Under the pieces are notes generated by a model that was given only the letters and a program-made list of their open reading frames with translations, was not told where the DNA came from and did no database searches. A stretch of 32,000 nucleotides of DNA. It comes from Fluviibacter phosphoraccumulans. Lineage in GTDB: Bacteria > Pseudomonadota > Gammaproteobacteria > Burkholderiales > Rhodocyclaceae. Below, in pieces: positions 14,041 to 23,428 of this stretch (the first letter of the stretch is position 1; every line of letters starts with the position of its first letter). Location of the stretch: assembly GCF_016110345.1 (NCBI RefSeq), contig NZ_AP019011.1, positions 52,061-84,060 on the forward strand, written 5' to 3'. A program made the translations under genes and the position numbers.

Positions 14041-15246
14041 TTAGTAATTGTCGGCGTAGCGCGTTAGGCTGAGTAGCCGAAACAGTACGCGTGCGCTCAT
14101 CACGCGCAGTGCGCGATGCAGGCTGGATTTTTTGCCCCAGGCTGCTGCGGTAATTTCTTGGCTGTGGGTCTCAATCTCTTGCTGTAGCTTTGCTTCCAGC
14201 TGCGCACAGAATGCGTCGTCCTCAATAACGATATTGGCTTCCTGTGCCACTAACAGAGAGAAGGGGTCCAGATTGGCCGAGCCTAAGGTTGCCCACCGGC
14301 CATCAATGACGCCTACTTTGGCATGCATGAACCCGGGTTGGTATTCATACAGCCTAATGCCCGCATTGAGCAGCGAGCGGTACAAAGACTGCGAGGCGTA
14401 GTGTTGCAGCCGGTATTCGATTTTGCCCTGAAGGAGCAGGCGTACCTTAACGCCACGTTCTGATGCACTGAGCAGCGCGTTGAGAATGTTGCGGCTGGGT
14501 ATAAAGTAGGCCATGGCCAGCGTAATATGGTCGTGGGCGGTTTGAATGGCCTGAACATAGGCGTTTTCGATGCTGCGTCGTTGGCTCAGGTTGTTACGTA
14601 GCAAGAGCCCGGCGCGAATCTGACCGGCAGGCGCTGTCTTGGTTGGGGTAGGCGCGTGCTTAATACTGCGATGAAACAAGGGGCGGCGCGACAGCGTTTG
14701 CCATTGGCGGTCCATGGCCTCTGCAATGGGCTGCACCATCGGGCCGAAGATTTGCACGGCAAAATCAAGTCGAGTGGGGGATGGGTTGTCTGTGGCGTCA
14801 TCCAGAAGGTTGATGCCGCCAATAAAGGCGGTGCCGCCATCAAACAGCGCCATTTTGCGATGCATCCGGCGCAAGCGTGAGCGTTTGCGCGATAGCAGGT
14901 GGCGCCATAGGTGGTGTTCTGGTCGGTAGATGCGTACTTGTACGCCGGACTGTAGAAGCAATGGCAGATGGTGCTGGTCAATGTTGCGGGCACCGAAGCC
15001 ATCGACCACCAGCCGAACGTCAACACCACGCGCTGCCGCAGCGCAGAGCGCCGTCGTAACGGCCTGGCCGATGGCATCATCGGCATACAGATAAGTTTCC
15101 AGGCGAACGGTGTGGGTGGCCTGGTTAATTGCTTGTAGGAGCGCCGGAAAATACGCTTCGCCGTTGCACAGCAGGCTAATGGTGTTACCCCCCAGGACCG
15201 GATGCGCCGGGTGTAGTGCCTTCAGCAATTGGCGGCGCAGGCTCAT
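14041..15246 (-). CDS. clsB: Cardiolipin synthase ClsB-type (phospholipase D family, two HKD motifs)
   Basis: HRKMALFDGGTAFIGGINL and HAKVGVIDGRWATLGSANLD are two HxK(x)4D motifs. The likely start is ATG 15246 (MSLRRQLL...), 1 nt after the upstream stop codon. The longer track ORF (to 15426) overlaps the upstream gene. Confidence 0.9.
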   Translation of the reverse strand: MSLRRQLLKALHPAHPVLGGNTISLLCNGEAYFPALLQAINQATHTVRLETYLYADDAIGQAVTTALCAAAARGVDVRLVVDGFGARNIDQHHLPLLLQSGVQVRIYRPEHHLWRHLLSRKRSRLRRMHRKMALFDGGTAFIGGINLLDDATDNPSPTRLDFAVQIFGPMVQPIAEAMDRQWQTLSRRPLFHRSIKHAPTPTKTAPAGQIRAGLLLRNNLSQRRSIENAYVQAIQTAHDHITLAMAYFIPSRNILNALLSASERGVKVRLLLQGKIEYRLQHYASQSLYRSLLNAGIRLYEYQPGFMHAKVGVIDGRWATLGSANLDPFSLLVAQEANIVIEDDAFCAQLEAKLQQEIETHSQEITAAAWGKKSSLHRALRVMSARVLFRLLSLTRYADNY

Positions 15247-15247
15247 G

Positions 15248-15994
15248 TTAACCCGTGAGTACAAGCTCGCATCGTAAAGCGGCGTGGTCGGAAATTTTTG
15301 ACCAGCCGGCACCGTAGTGCACATCAGCCCGAACTGCCTTGAGGCCCCGCACATAAATCCGGTCGAGTCGCAGCATGGGCAAGGCCACAGGGAAGCTGCG
15401 TGCCGGTCGACCAGCAAGGTGATCAAAGACTTCGGTCAGGTGTAAACGATCAGCCAGGTGTTCGCTGGCATGGTTGCGCCAGTCGTTGAAATCGCCCGCA
15501 ATGATGAGCGGCTGATCATGCGGTACCAGTCGATCAATTTCTTCAGCCAGTGCCGCCATTTGCCATTTGCGCGACCGGGCCAGCAACGAGAGGTGGGCGC
15601 AGACACAGTGCACGATTTGTCCCTGCCACTGAATCTGCGTGTGCAAGAGTCCGCGTCGCTCAAAGCTCAGGTGCGTGACATCCTGGTTGTGGCTGGTCTC
15701 AATGGGGTAGCGCGAAAGAATGGCATTGCCGTGGTGGCCGTGGTCATAGAGTACGTTTTGACCGTAGGTGGCATTCCAGACGGAGTCCGCCAGAAACTCA
15801 TGCTGTGATTGCGCGGGCCAGTTGGCATGCTTCTGCGCGTGTTGCTGGTGTAACCCTTGTACCTCTTGTAAAAAGACCAGATCCGGGTTCAGATGGCGCA
15901 GACGATCGCGCAGGTCGTGCACCGTCAGGCGGCGGTTGAACTGCGAGAAGCCTTTGTGAATATTGTAGGTGACCAGCGACAGGGTGTCGGTCAT
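15248..15994 (-). CDS. Endonuclease/exonuclease/phosphatase (EEP) family protein, YbhP-like
   Basis: MTDTLSLVTYNIHKGF...VFLQEV...GNAILSR...IIAGDFNDW...ISDHAAL are EEP catalytic motifs. The start ATG 15994 overlaps the nadA stop (ATGA). The E. coli ybhP-clsB pairing is a known precedent. Confidence 0.85.
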   Translation of the reverse strand: MTDTLSLVTYNIHKGFSQFNRRLTVHDLRDRLRHLNPDLVFLQEVQGLHQQHAQKHANWPAQSQHEFLADSVWNATYGQNVLYDHGHHGNAILSRYPIETSHNQDVTHLSFERRGLLHTQIQWQGQIVHCVCAHLSLLARSRKWQMAALAEEIDRLVPHDQPLIIAGDFNDWRNHASEHLADRLHLTEVFDHLAGRPARSFPVALPMLRLDRIYVRGLKAVRADVHYGAGWSKISDHAALRCELVLTG

Positions 15995-17082
15995 GACACT
16001 TCCAGCATGCGCTCCATGGCTAAGCGTGCCGAGGCGGTTTCTTTTTCTGGCACGCGAATCGCGTTCACCACGTTGCCATCGACCAGGTTTTCCAGCGTCC
16101 AGGCGAGGTGTTGCGGATCGATGCGTTGCATGGTGGAACACATGCAAACTGTGGGCGACATGAACTGCACGATTTTGCCTTCTGGCGCGACTTCACGTGC
16201 CAGACGTTCAACGAGGTTGAGTTCGGTGCCGACCAGCCAGCGGGTCCCCGCCGGGGCTTCTTTGATGATCTTGACGATGTACTCGGTGGAGCCGATGTAA
16301 TCCGATGCGGCACAGACTTCAAATGAGCATTCCGGGTGTGAGATCACTTTGCCTTCAGGGTGCTTGGCACGGAACGCCGCAATATGCGATGGCTGGAACA
16401 TCTGGTGCACAGAGCAGTGCCCTTTCCACAGCAGAATTTTTGCGTTGCGGATTTGTTCCTGGGTGAGACCGCCGCGCGGTTGATCCGGGTCCCAGACGAC
16501 CATTTCATCCAGCGGAATACCGCGCTGATGCCCGGTCCAGCGCCCGAGGTGCTGATCCGGGAAGAACAGAATCTTGGGGCGGCGCACCAGCGCCCAGTCC
16601 AGAATCACCGGTGCGTTTGATGAGGTGCAGACAATGCCACCGCGATCACCACAAAACGCTTTGAGGTCGGCCGCTGAGTTGATATAGGTGATGGGGGTTA
16701 CCTGGTTGGCCGGGTCTTCGCCCAAGGCGGCGGTAAGCTCGCGCCAGCAGCGCTCCACCTTAGTCAGGTTGGCCATGTCGGCCATGGAGCACCCCGCTGC
16801 CAGATCCGGCAGAATAGCCGTCTGGTTGGGTTTGGTCATCATGTCGGCCACTTCGGCCATGAAGTGCACGCCACAGAACACAATGTATTCGGCGTCGGTC
16901 TGGCTGGCCAGGCGTGAGAGCTTGAGCGAGTCACCCGTTAGGTCGGCGTGTTGATATACGTCGGCCCGTTGGTAATGGTGACAGAGCAGCACGGCGCGCG
17001 AACCGAGTTGTTTGCGGGCGGCGTTGATCAGCTCCTGACATGCTTCGTCAGAGAGTTCTCGGTAGTCTTCAAAATCTCGCAT
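15991..17082 (-). CDS. nadA: Quinolinate synthase A
   Basis: 363 aa with conserved NadA blocks (FCGVHFMAE, CSMADM, TYINS, FFPDQHLG, W.G.C.VH, HPEC, TVCMCSTM). Confidence 0.95.
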   Translation of the reverse strand: MRDFEDYRELSDEACQELINAARKQLGSRAVLLCHHYQRADVYQHADLTGDSLKLSRLASQTDAEYIVFCGVHFMAEVADMMTKPNQTAILPDLAAGCSMADMANLTKVERCWRELTAALGEDPANQVTPITYINSAADLKAFCGDRGGIVCTSSNAPVILDWALVRRPKILFFPDQHLGRWTGHQRGIPLDEMVVWDPDQPRGGLTQEQIRNAKILLWKGHCSVHQMFQPSHIAAFRAKHPEGKVISHPECSFEVCAASDYIGSTEYIVKIIKEAPAGTRWLVGTELNLVERLAREVAPEGKIVQFMSPTVCMCSTMQRIDPQHLAWTLENLVDGNVVNAIRVPEKETASARLAMERMLEVS

Positions 17083-17096
17083 CGTTATTTACCTGA

Positions 17097-17549
17097 TCAA
17101 CCCTGATACCAAGGCAGGCCATGAAAGCGCCAGCCGCCAAGTTTGCCCCGATGGTTGAACGCATCTTTATCGCCTTCAAAGCCTTCGAGAATGTTGTAGG
17201 CGGCGGTGAAGCCGGCTTCTAATGCGGCGCTGGCCGCGCTGCGCGAGCGGACACCGCTGCGGCAGAGAAAAAGAATCGTCGCTTCTGAATCGACTTGGCG
17301 ACGCAGGTCAGTGATGAAGTTGGGGTTACGCGTCATGTCCGGGTATTCGGCCCAGTCAATTTCAACAGCGTGCGGCACACGGCCTACCCAATCCCACTCG
17401 GCGCGTGTGCGCACATCTACAAGCACGGTGCCCGGTGCTTCTTGTAACAGCGTGTAGGCTTCAAGCGGGGTGACGTCGCCGCTGTAATTAACGCCCTGTT
17501 GTTCGGCACGGGTGCGGGCAAGCGTCAGAATATCGCTAATGCAGCTCAT
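17097..17549 (-). CDS. Rhodanese-like sulfurtransferase domain protein
   Basis: 150 aa. VLVDVRTRAEW and the active-site loop LFLCRSGVRSRSAA (CRxGxR) are present. Confidence 0.85.
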   Translation of the reverse strand: MSCISDILTLARTRAEQQGVNYSGDVTPLEAYTLLQEAPGTVLVDVRTRAEWDWVGRVPHAVEIDWAEYPDMTRNPNFITDLRRQVDSEATILFLCRSGVRSRSAASAALEAGFTAAYNILEGFEGDKDAFNHRGKLGGWRFHGLPWYQG

Positions 17550-17713
17550 GATGAATTTTCTGTTAAACCTTCACCACCCAGACCCTGGTGGGCCGGTACG
17601 GCAAGGTAATTGACGATAGAATACGGTGCAAAAGGCGAGTATACGCGGCGCGCGCGGCAAGCGGAATCCGTGCCGGCAAATTCGTCGGGCGCTCAATATT
17701 AAAAAAGGAAAGT

Positions 17714-18970
17714 ATGTCGCTAGGACATAATCACGCGGGGCATGCGCATGGGGCGCACGGTCACGGATCGGCGGCATTGATTGATGCGCTTACCGGCGAG
17801 CATGCCAGCGCCGCATCGAACCGACTGGTGCGTCGGTCGGTTAATGTCAGCATGGGCGTTAACATCATCCTCTCTATCTTGCAGGTGATCGTGGGTTGGT
17901 TTGCCAATTCCCACAGTTTATTGGTGGATGGCTTTCACTCGCTTTCCGACTTGCTGTCGGATGTGCTGGTGCTTTTTGTGGCGCGGCACAGTGTCCGTGC
18001 CGCCGATGATAACCACCCCTACGGCCACGCCCGACTTGAAACGCTGGCCACGCTGATTCTGGGGTTGATGCTGGTTGGTATTGGTGGTGCCTTTCTTTAT
18101 AGCGCGGGCGAAAAGGCGATGCATCTGGGCGAAGGTCCGCCGGTTGGCATGACTGCGCTGTACGTGGCGCTGCTGGCGCTGGCCATGAAAGAGTGGCTCT
18201 TCCGTTACATGCTACGCGCCGCCGAAAAGGCGAAATCGGCCATGTTGGTGGCCAACGCCTGGCATTCGCGTTCAGACGCGGCATCTTCACTGGTGGTGGC
18301 GATTGGTATTGGCGGTAGCCTGCTGGGCTTTATCTACGCAGACTTACTGGCGGCAGCCATTGTCGGGGCCTTGATCATTAAAATGGGCTGGCAGTTTTCG
18401 CGCGATGCGCTGGAAGAGCTGGTCGATCATGGCGCCGATGCGGCGCAAATTGAAGAAATACGCACGGTGATTAAGCAGACGCCGGGGGTGCATGATCTGC
18501 ATGATCTGCGTACACGGCGCATGGCCGACCGCATTCTGGTGGATGCACATGTGCGGGTCGCGCCGCGCATTAGTGTGTCGGAAGGTCACCGGGTGGCTGA
18601 ACAGGTGCGCTTACGCGTGCGTGCGGCGTGCCCAGAGGTGTTGGATATGCTGGTGCATATAGATCCGGAAGATGATCTGGTACCCGCGGAAAGCGTGGCT
18701 ACAGGGGACATTAACCGTGATGCGCTGGAACGCTGGTTAAACACCGAAGCAGCGCGGGTTTGGGGACATGGCCCTTGGGCGCCAGAGCGCATCCAGCTGC
18801 ATTACCTCAATGGTCAGGTGGAAGTTGAGGTCATGTTGCCACCCATGCCGGGCATCGACCCCGAGCCGGTTGTTATTGAACATGGCATTAGGGATTTACA
18901 GCAGGCAGCGCAACAGGCAGGATTACCGCTATTGAGTTGGACGGTGTATCGTCGACTGACCGCAGACTAG
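17714..18970 (+). CDS. Cation diffusion facilitator (CDF) family metal efflux transporter with a His-rich N-terminus
   Basis: The start is ATG 17714 (SD aggaa). The N-terminus is MSLGHNHAGHAHGAHGHGS. CDF TM signatures are present (HSLSDLLSD, AWHSRSDA), as is the cytoplasmic domain (HDLRTRRMADRILVDAHV). About 100 further C-terminal residues follow. The track ORF from 17588 is an upstream extension. Confidence 0.85.
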   Translation: MSLGHNHAGHAHGAHGHGSAALIDALTGEHASAASNRLVRRSVNVSMGVNIILSILQVIVGWFANSHSLLVDGFHSLSDLLSDVLVLFVARHSVRAADDNHPYGHARLETLATLILGLMLVGIGGAFLYSAGEKAMHLGEGPPVGMTALYVALLALAMKEWLFRYMLRAAEKAKSAMLVANAWHSRSDAASSLVVAIGIGGSLLGFIYADLLAAAIVGALIIKMGWQFSRDALEELVDHGADAAQIEEIRTVIKQTPGVHDLHDLRTRRMADRILVDAHVRVAPRISVSEGHRVAEQVRLRVRAACPEVLDMLVHIDPEDDLVPAESVATGDINRDALERWLNTEAARVWGHGPWAPERIQLHYLNGQVEVEVMLPPMPGIDPEPVVIEHGIRDLQQAAQQAGLPLLSWTVYRRLTAD

Positions 18971-18973
18971 TTG

Positions 18974-19035
18974 TGCACCAAACAAGTGCGCTATGCGCTC
19001 ATTTGGGTAGCCACAAAACGCACTGTTTTGGTGCG
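18974..19035 (+). promoter_or_regulatory. Two NtrC-type enhancer sites (GCAC-N7-GTGC) upstream of glnA
   Basis: The sites are TGCACCAAACAAGTGCG (18974-18990) and CGCACTGTTTTGGTGCG (19019-19035). Both fit the TGCACC-N5-GGTGCA consensus and lie ~80-140 bp upstream of the sigma54 element. Confidence 0.55.
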
Positions 19036-19113
19036 GCTCAGGGTTGCCAATTGGGGTCTGTGCGTAAAAGGCGTTGCAAAGGTGCTTTTAGGGGTTAGGT
19101 TGTCGTATTATTG

Positions 19114-19131
19114 TTGGCATGGATCATGCTT
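19114..19131 (+). promoter_or_regulatory. Sigma54 (-24/-12) promoter of glnA
   Basis: tTGGCATggatcATGCTt compares well with the consensus TGGCAC-N5-TTGCW. GG is at 19116-17 and GC at 19128-29, with the correct 12-nt register. The element lies ~80 nt upstream of ATG 19211. Confidence 0.65.
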
Positions 19132-19210
19132 TATCAACAAAGCAGGGATCTGTGGATCCGTTACTGATTTATAGACTGACCGTTGCGGTCGATTTTAGGA
19201 GATAGCTGTT

Positions 19211-20623
19211 ATGGCTACAGTGCAAGACGTCCTGAAGCTGGTCAAGGACAACGACGTTAAATACATCGATTTCCGTTTCACTGATACGCGCGGTAAAGAG
19301 CATCACGTCGGCGTGCCGGTCAGCCAATTCGATGCAGACAAATTTGAAGAAGGTCAGGCGTTTGATGGTTCGTCGATCGCGGGTTGGAAGGGCATCCAAG
19401 CCTCCGACATGCTGCTGATTCCGGATCCAGCCTCGGCTTACATCGATCCTTTCTATGACGAAGTCACTCTGGTGCTGTCTTGCGACGTGGTGGAGCCCAC
19501 CGACGGCAAGGGTTACGACCGTGACCCACGTTCGATCGCCAAGCGCGCTGAAGCCTACCTGAAGAGCTCGGGTATCGGTGACACCGCCTACTTTGGCCCA
19601 GAACCAGAATTCTTCATTTTCGACTCTGTCGAATGGAAGACCGACATGTCGGGCACCTTCGTCAAGATTTTCTCGGAAGAAGCAGCCTGGTCGTCGGATG
19701 TTAAGTTCGAAGGCGGCAACACTGGTCATCGCCCAGGTGTTAAGGGTGGTTACTTCCCAGTCGCACCAGTGGATAGCTTTAACGACATTCGTACGGCTAT
19801 GTGTAATGCACTGGAAGCTTGTGGCGTTCCGGTTGAAGTACACCACCACGAAGTGGCGACTGCGGGTCAGAACGAAATCGGCACCAAGTTTGATACGCTG
19901 GTTCGCCGCGCCGACCAGACGCAGATTCTGAAGTACGTAGTTCTGAACGTGGCTCACCAGTATGGCAAGACCGCTACGTTCATGCCGAAGCCAATCGTTG
20001 GCGACAACGGTTCGGGCATGCACGTGCACCAGTCGATCTGGAAAGACGGCAAGAACCTGTTCGCGGGCGACCAGTACGCCGGTCTGTCGGAAATGGCGCT
20101 GTACTACATTGGCGGCATCATCAAGCACGCCAAGGCGCTGAACGCCATTACCAACCCAGGTACAAACTCGTACAAGCGTCTGGTGCCGCATTACGAAGCA
20201 CCGGTGAAGCTGGCTTACTCGGCTAAAAACCGTTCGGCTTCGATCCGTATCCCGTTTGTGGCTTCGACCAAGGCGCGTCGTATCGAAACCCGCTTCCCGG
20301 ATCCGATCGCTAACCCATACTTGGCCTTTGCTGCGCTGATGATGGCGGGTCTGGATGGTATCCAGAACAAGATTCACCCAGGCGATCCGGCTGACAAGAA
20401 CCTGTACGACCTGCCGCCAGAAGAAGATGCATTGATCCCGACCGTTTGCGCCAGCCTGGACGAAGCGCTGGAAGCACTGAAGGCCGATCACGAGTTCCTG
20501 ACTCGCGGTGGCGTCTTCTCGAAGGACTGGATCGATTCGTTTATCGAGCTAAAGATGGAAGAAGTTAACAAGGTTCGTATGACGACGCACCCAGTTGAGT
20601 TCGAACTGTATTACTCGTGCTAA
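19211..20623 (+). CDS. glnA: Glutamine synthetase type I
   Basis: 470 aa. [39 protein letters not shown] and the adenylylation-site region NLYDLPPEE are all present. Confidence 0.97.
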   Translation: MATVQDVLKLVKDNDVKYIDFRFTDTRGKEHHVGVPVSQFDADKFEEGQAFDGSSIAGWKGIQASDMLLIPDPASAYIDPFYDEVTLVLSCDVVEPTDGKGYDRDPRSIAKRAEAYLKSSGIGDTAYFGPEPEFFIFDSVEWKTDMSGTFVKIFSEEAAWSSDVKFEGGNTGHRPGVKGGYFPVAPVDSFNDIRTAMCNALEACGVPVEVHHHEVATAGQNEIGTKFDTLVRRADQTQILKYVVLNVAHQYGKTATFMPKPIVGDNGSGMHVHQSIWKDGKNLFAGDQYAGLSEMALYYIGGIIKHAKALNAITNPGTNSYKRLVPHYEAPVKLAYSAKNRSASIRIPFVASTKARRIETRFPDPIANPYLAFAALMMAGLDGIQNKIHPGDPADKNLYDLPPEEDALIPTVCASLDEALEALKADHEFLTRGGVFSKDWIDSFIELKMEEVNKVRMTTHPVEFELYYSC

Positions 20624-20663
20624 TTGGCATAACGCAAACCGCCCGTTAAAGGCGCATGCGTGA

Positions 20664-20696
20664 AAGAGGGACGGTTCGCCGTCCCTCTTCTGTTTT
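20664..20696 (+). terminator. Rho-independent terminator after glnA
   Basis: aagagggacgg-ttcg-ccgtccctctt forms an 11-bp stem, followed by ctgtttt. Confidence 0.8.
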
Positions 20697-20723
20697 CAGC
20701 GATGGATATCCACGGTTTTTCCC

Positions 20724-21782
20724 ATGAATGCCAAACTGTCAGTAACGACCCCAACCAAGTATGCCGGCCTGGAGCTCTTGTCTTCGGCGGCGGTTATCCT
20801 TGATCGGTCGCAGCATATTGTTTACCTGAATCCGGCTGCGGAGAATCTGTTGCGCATCAGTCAGCGCGCGGCCCTGGGGCGCGAGCTGTTTCAGGTGATC
20901 GGCGTTACCCCCGAGTTGGTCAGTGCGATCATGAAATCGCTGAGCAACAAGTGGGGCTACAGTGGTCAGAACATTCAGATTGAACGGGGCGAAGACGTAC
21001 TGCATGTTGATTGCACGGTGACGCCCGTAGACGAAGATGAAGGCGGCTTAGTCATTGAGATGCGCCCGGTGGATCAGCAGTTGCGGGCGCGTCGCGAAGA
21101 ACGCTTGATTGAACTGCAGCTGCGTCATCGCGAATTGATGCGCAATCTGGCGCATGAGATCAAAAATCCGCTCGGCGGTATTCGCGGGGCGGCACAGCTC
21201 CTTGAGCACGAACTGCCCAACCCATCGTTACGTGAATACACGCAAGTCATTATTAAAGAAGCAGACCGACTACAGGATCTGATGCAACGCTTATTACAGC
21301 CGCATCAGGGCATGCAACCAGCGCCCACCAATATCCATGAAATTCTGGAGCGCGTACGCAGTCTGATCCTGGCTGAATTCCCTAAAACACTGATGGTGCG
21401 TCGCGATTACGACACCAGTCTGCCCGACCTCACCGCGGATCGTGAGCAAATGATCCAGGCGGTGCTCAACATTGCGCGCAATGCCGCGCAGGCGATGTCG
21501 GGCAACGGGCAGATTACGCTGCGCACCCGGGCGGTACGTCAGGTCACCCTGCTCAAGCATCGCTGGAAGTTGGCGATTGAAGTGCAGGTCATCGACAATG
21601 GCCCGGGTATTCCGCGCGCTATTCTGGAACGCATGTTCTACCCGCTGGTTTCGGGGCGAGAAGGCGGTACCGGGCTGGGCCTGACGATTGCGCAGAGTTT
21701 TATTCAGCAGCATCAGGGCACTATTGAATGCGAGAGTCGGCCAGGTCATACGCAGTTCATTATTCGCTTGCCGGTGGTCTGA
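20724..21782 (+). CDS. glnL: Nitrogen regulation sensor histidine kinase NtrB
   Basis: N-terminal PAS-like domain, H-box LAHEIKNPLGGIRGAAQLL, N/G boxes (NIARNAAQA, DNGPGIP, GGTGLGL). Confidence 0.9.
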   Translation: MNAKLSVTTPTKYAGLELLSSAAVILDRSQHIVYLNPAAENLLRISQRAALGRELFQVIGVTPELVSAIMKSLSNKWGYSGQNIQIERGEDVLHVDCTVTPVDEDEGGLVIEMRPVDQQLRARREERLIELQLRHRELMRNLAHEIKNPLGGIRGAAQLLEHELPNPSLREYTQVIIKEADRLQDLMQRLLQPHQGMQPAPTNIHEILERVRSLILAEFPKTLMVRRDYDTSLPDLTADREQMIQAVLNIARNAAQAMSGNGQITLRTRAVRQVTLLKHRWKLAIEVQVIDNGPGIPRAILERMFYPLVSGREGGTGLGLTIAQSFIQQHQGTIECESRPGHTQFIIRLPVV

Positions 21783-21821
21783 GGCGCTAGAATGAAAACC
21801 ACGGCGTGCTTTTTCAAAAAC

Positions 21822-21838
21822 CGGCATGGTAATTGCTG
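21822..21838 (+). promoter_or_regulatory. Sigma54-like -24/-12 element in the ntrB-ntrC spacer
   Basis: cGGCATggtaaTTGCTg has GG at 21823-24 and GC at 21835-36 in the correct register. It lies ~70 nt upstream of the ntrC ATG. Confidence 0.4.
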
Positions 21839-21907
21839 TATATCCGGTAATGAAAATACGACCAGTGGCGGTTGCCGTCAGACTGGTGATTCCTGGAGAC
21901 AGAACAC

Positions 21908-23428
21908 ATGAAGTCCGTATGGGTTGTTGACGATGACCAGTCTATTCGCTGGGTGCTGGAGAAGGCACTTGAGCGTGCCGGTATCTCGCAGCGTAGCTTT
22001 GATCATGCCAATGATGTGATCAACGCGCTGGATGCCGGAGATCCACCGCCGCAAGTGCTGATTTCCGATATTCGTATGCCGGGCCCCTCTGGGCTGGATC
22101 TGCTCGCCCGCATTAAAACACTGCTGCCGGATCTGCCGGTCATTATCATGACGGCGTATTCGGATCTGGAAAGCGCTGTGGCTGCTTTTCAGGGCGGTGC
22201 ATTTGAATACCTGGCCAAACCGTTTGATGTGGATCAGGCTTTGGCGTTGATTCAGCGCGCCATGGCGCAATCGGCCAAGCCGTTACCGATTGCTGCGGAA
22301 GAAGAGGCCGGTGTCCCGGAGATTCAGGGGCACGCACCGGCCATGCAGGAAGTCTTTCGGGCGATTGGTCGTTTGTCGAATTCCAGCGCGACGGTCATGA
22401 TCACCGGCGAGTCCGGTTCTGGTAAAGAGCTGGTTGCTCGGGCGTTACACCGGCATAGCCCGCGCGCCAAGAAACCTTTCATAGCCATTAATACGGCGGC
22501 GATTCCTAAAGATCTGCTGGAGTCGGAGCTCTTTGGTCACGAACGCGGTGCCTTTACCGGAGCAGCCACGCAGCGGCGTGGCCGTTTTGAAGAGGCGGAT
22601 GGCGGCACGCTCTTTCTGGACGAAATCGGCGACATGCCATCGGAATTGCAAACCCGCCTATTGCGTGTGCTGTCTGATGGGCACTATTACCGGGTTGGCG
22701 GTCATCAATCGATTAAATCAAATGTCCGCGTCATTGCAGCGACGCACCAGAATCTGGAAGAGCGTGTGCGGCAGGGCTTGTTTCGGGAAGATTTGTTTCA
22801 CCGCCTGAATGTGATTCGCTTGCGCTTGCCTGCGTTGAAAGAGCGACGCGAAGATATTCCTGATCTGACCGTACACTTTCTGGCACGCAGTGCCAAAGAA
22901 CTCGGCGGTGAGCCCAAGCAGTTAACGCCAGCGGCCATGAGTTATCTGGCCTCATTGCCGTTCCCCGGTAATGTGCGGCAGTTAGAAAATCTCTGCCACT
23001 GGCTTACGGTGATGGCGCCCGGGCAGACCGTAGATCTGAATGATCTGCCGTTGGAGTTGCGTCAAGAGCAGGTCGTCGCCCCGGTTAAAAGTGAAGCCAC
23101 CGTGAGTGGTATGGCAACAGCTTGGGCTGGGACGCCCGGTGCCGTGAGTCATGCCCACTGGACAGATGCCCTGGCCGAAACAGTCGATGCGCTGCTGCTG
23201 ACTGCCGGCACGGCTAACGCCGACGAGGAAGGCGTACACGAAAGCCTGATGCATGCCTTTGAGCGCACGCTTATTTCGCGTGCCTTGCACCACACCGGCG
23301 GACGTCGTATCGAAGCAGCACAGTTGCTGGGAATTGGTCGTAATACAATTACGCGCAAAATCCAGGAACTGAAGCTTGATGAAGACACCCCTGCCAAACC
23401 AGCCCATACGACAGCTCACTCGGTTTGA
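21908..23428 (+). CDS. glnG: Sigma54-dependent response regulator NtrC
   Basis: Receiver domain (VWVVDDD...SDIRMPG), AAA+ sigma54-interaction domain ([21 protein letters not shown]) and C-terminal Fis-type HTH ([16 protein letters not shown]). An extended linker precedes the HTH. Confidence 0.92.
   Translation: MKSVWVVDDDQSIRWVLEKALERAGISQRSFDHANDVINALDAGDPPPQVLISDIRMPGPSGLDLLARIKTLLPDLPVIIMTAYSDLESAVAAFQGGAFEYLAKPFDVDQALALIQRAMAQSAKPLPIAAEEEAGVPEIQGHAPAMQEVFRAIGRLSNSSATVMITGESGSGKELVARALHRHSPRAKKPFIAINTAAIPKDLLESELFGHERGAFTGAATQRRGRFEEADGGTLFLDEIGDMPSELQTRLLRVLSDGHYYRVGGHQSIKSNVRVIAATHQNLEERVRQGLFREDLFHRLNVIRLRLPALKERREDIPDLTVHFLARSAKELGGEPKQLTPAAMSYLASLPFPGNVRQLENLCHWLTVMAPGQTVDLNDLPLELRQEQVVAPVKSEATVSGMATAWAGTPGAVSHAHWTDALAETVDALLLTAGTANADEEGVHESLMHAFERTLISRALHHTGGRRIEAAQLLGIGRNTITRKIQELKLDEDTPAKPAHTTAHSV

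Noticed and set aside
15247-15426. N-terminal extensions offered by the ORF track for clsB (to 15426), the EEP gene (to 16147), the CDF gene (from 17588), glyS (to 29099) and orf146 (to 9410)
   Set aside because: The extensions overlap the upstream gene or are Cys/Arg-rich junk. Internal ATGs with SD sequences or stop-start coupling (ATGA, TAATG) give products that begin where the families normally begin.
18974-19035. The inverted pair of GCAC-N7-GTGC elements read as a terminator hairpin for the CDF gene
   Set aside because: The two elements are near reverse complements of each other, but they are 28 nt apart with no following T run. Their match to the NtrC consensus and their position upstream of a sigma54 promoter explain them better.
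19169-20491. 440-aa ORF antisense to glnA
   Set aside because: This is a shadow ORF on the opposite strand of an unmistakable glutamine synthetase. Its product is Arg/Val-rich with no recognisable motifs. Long antisense ORFs are expected opposite highly codon-biased genes.
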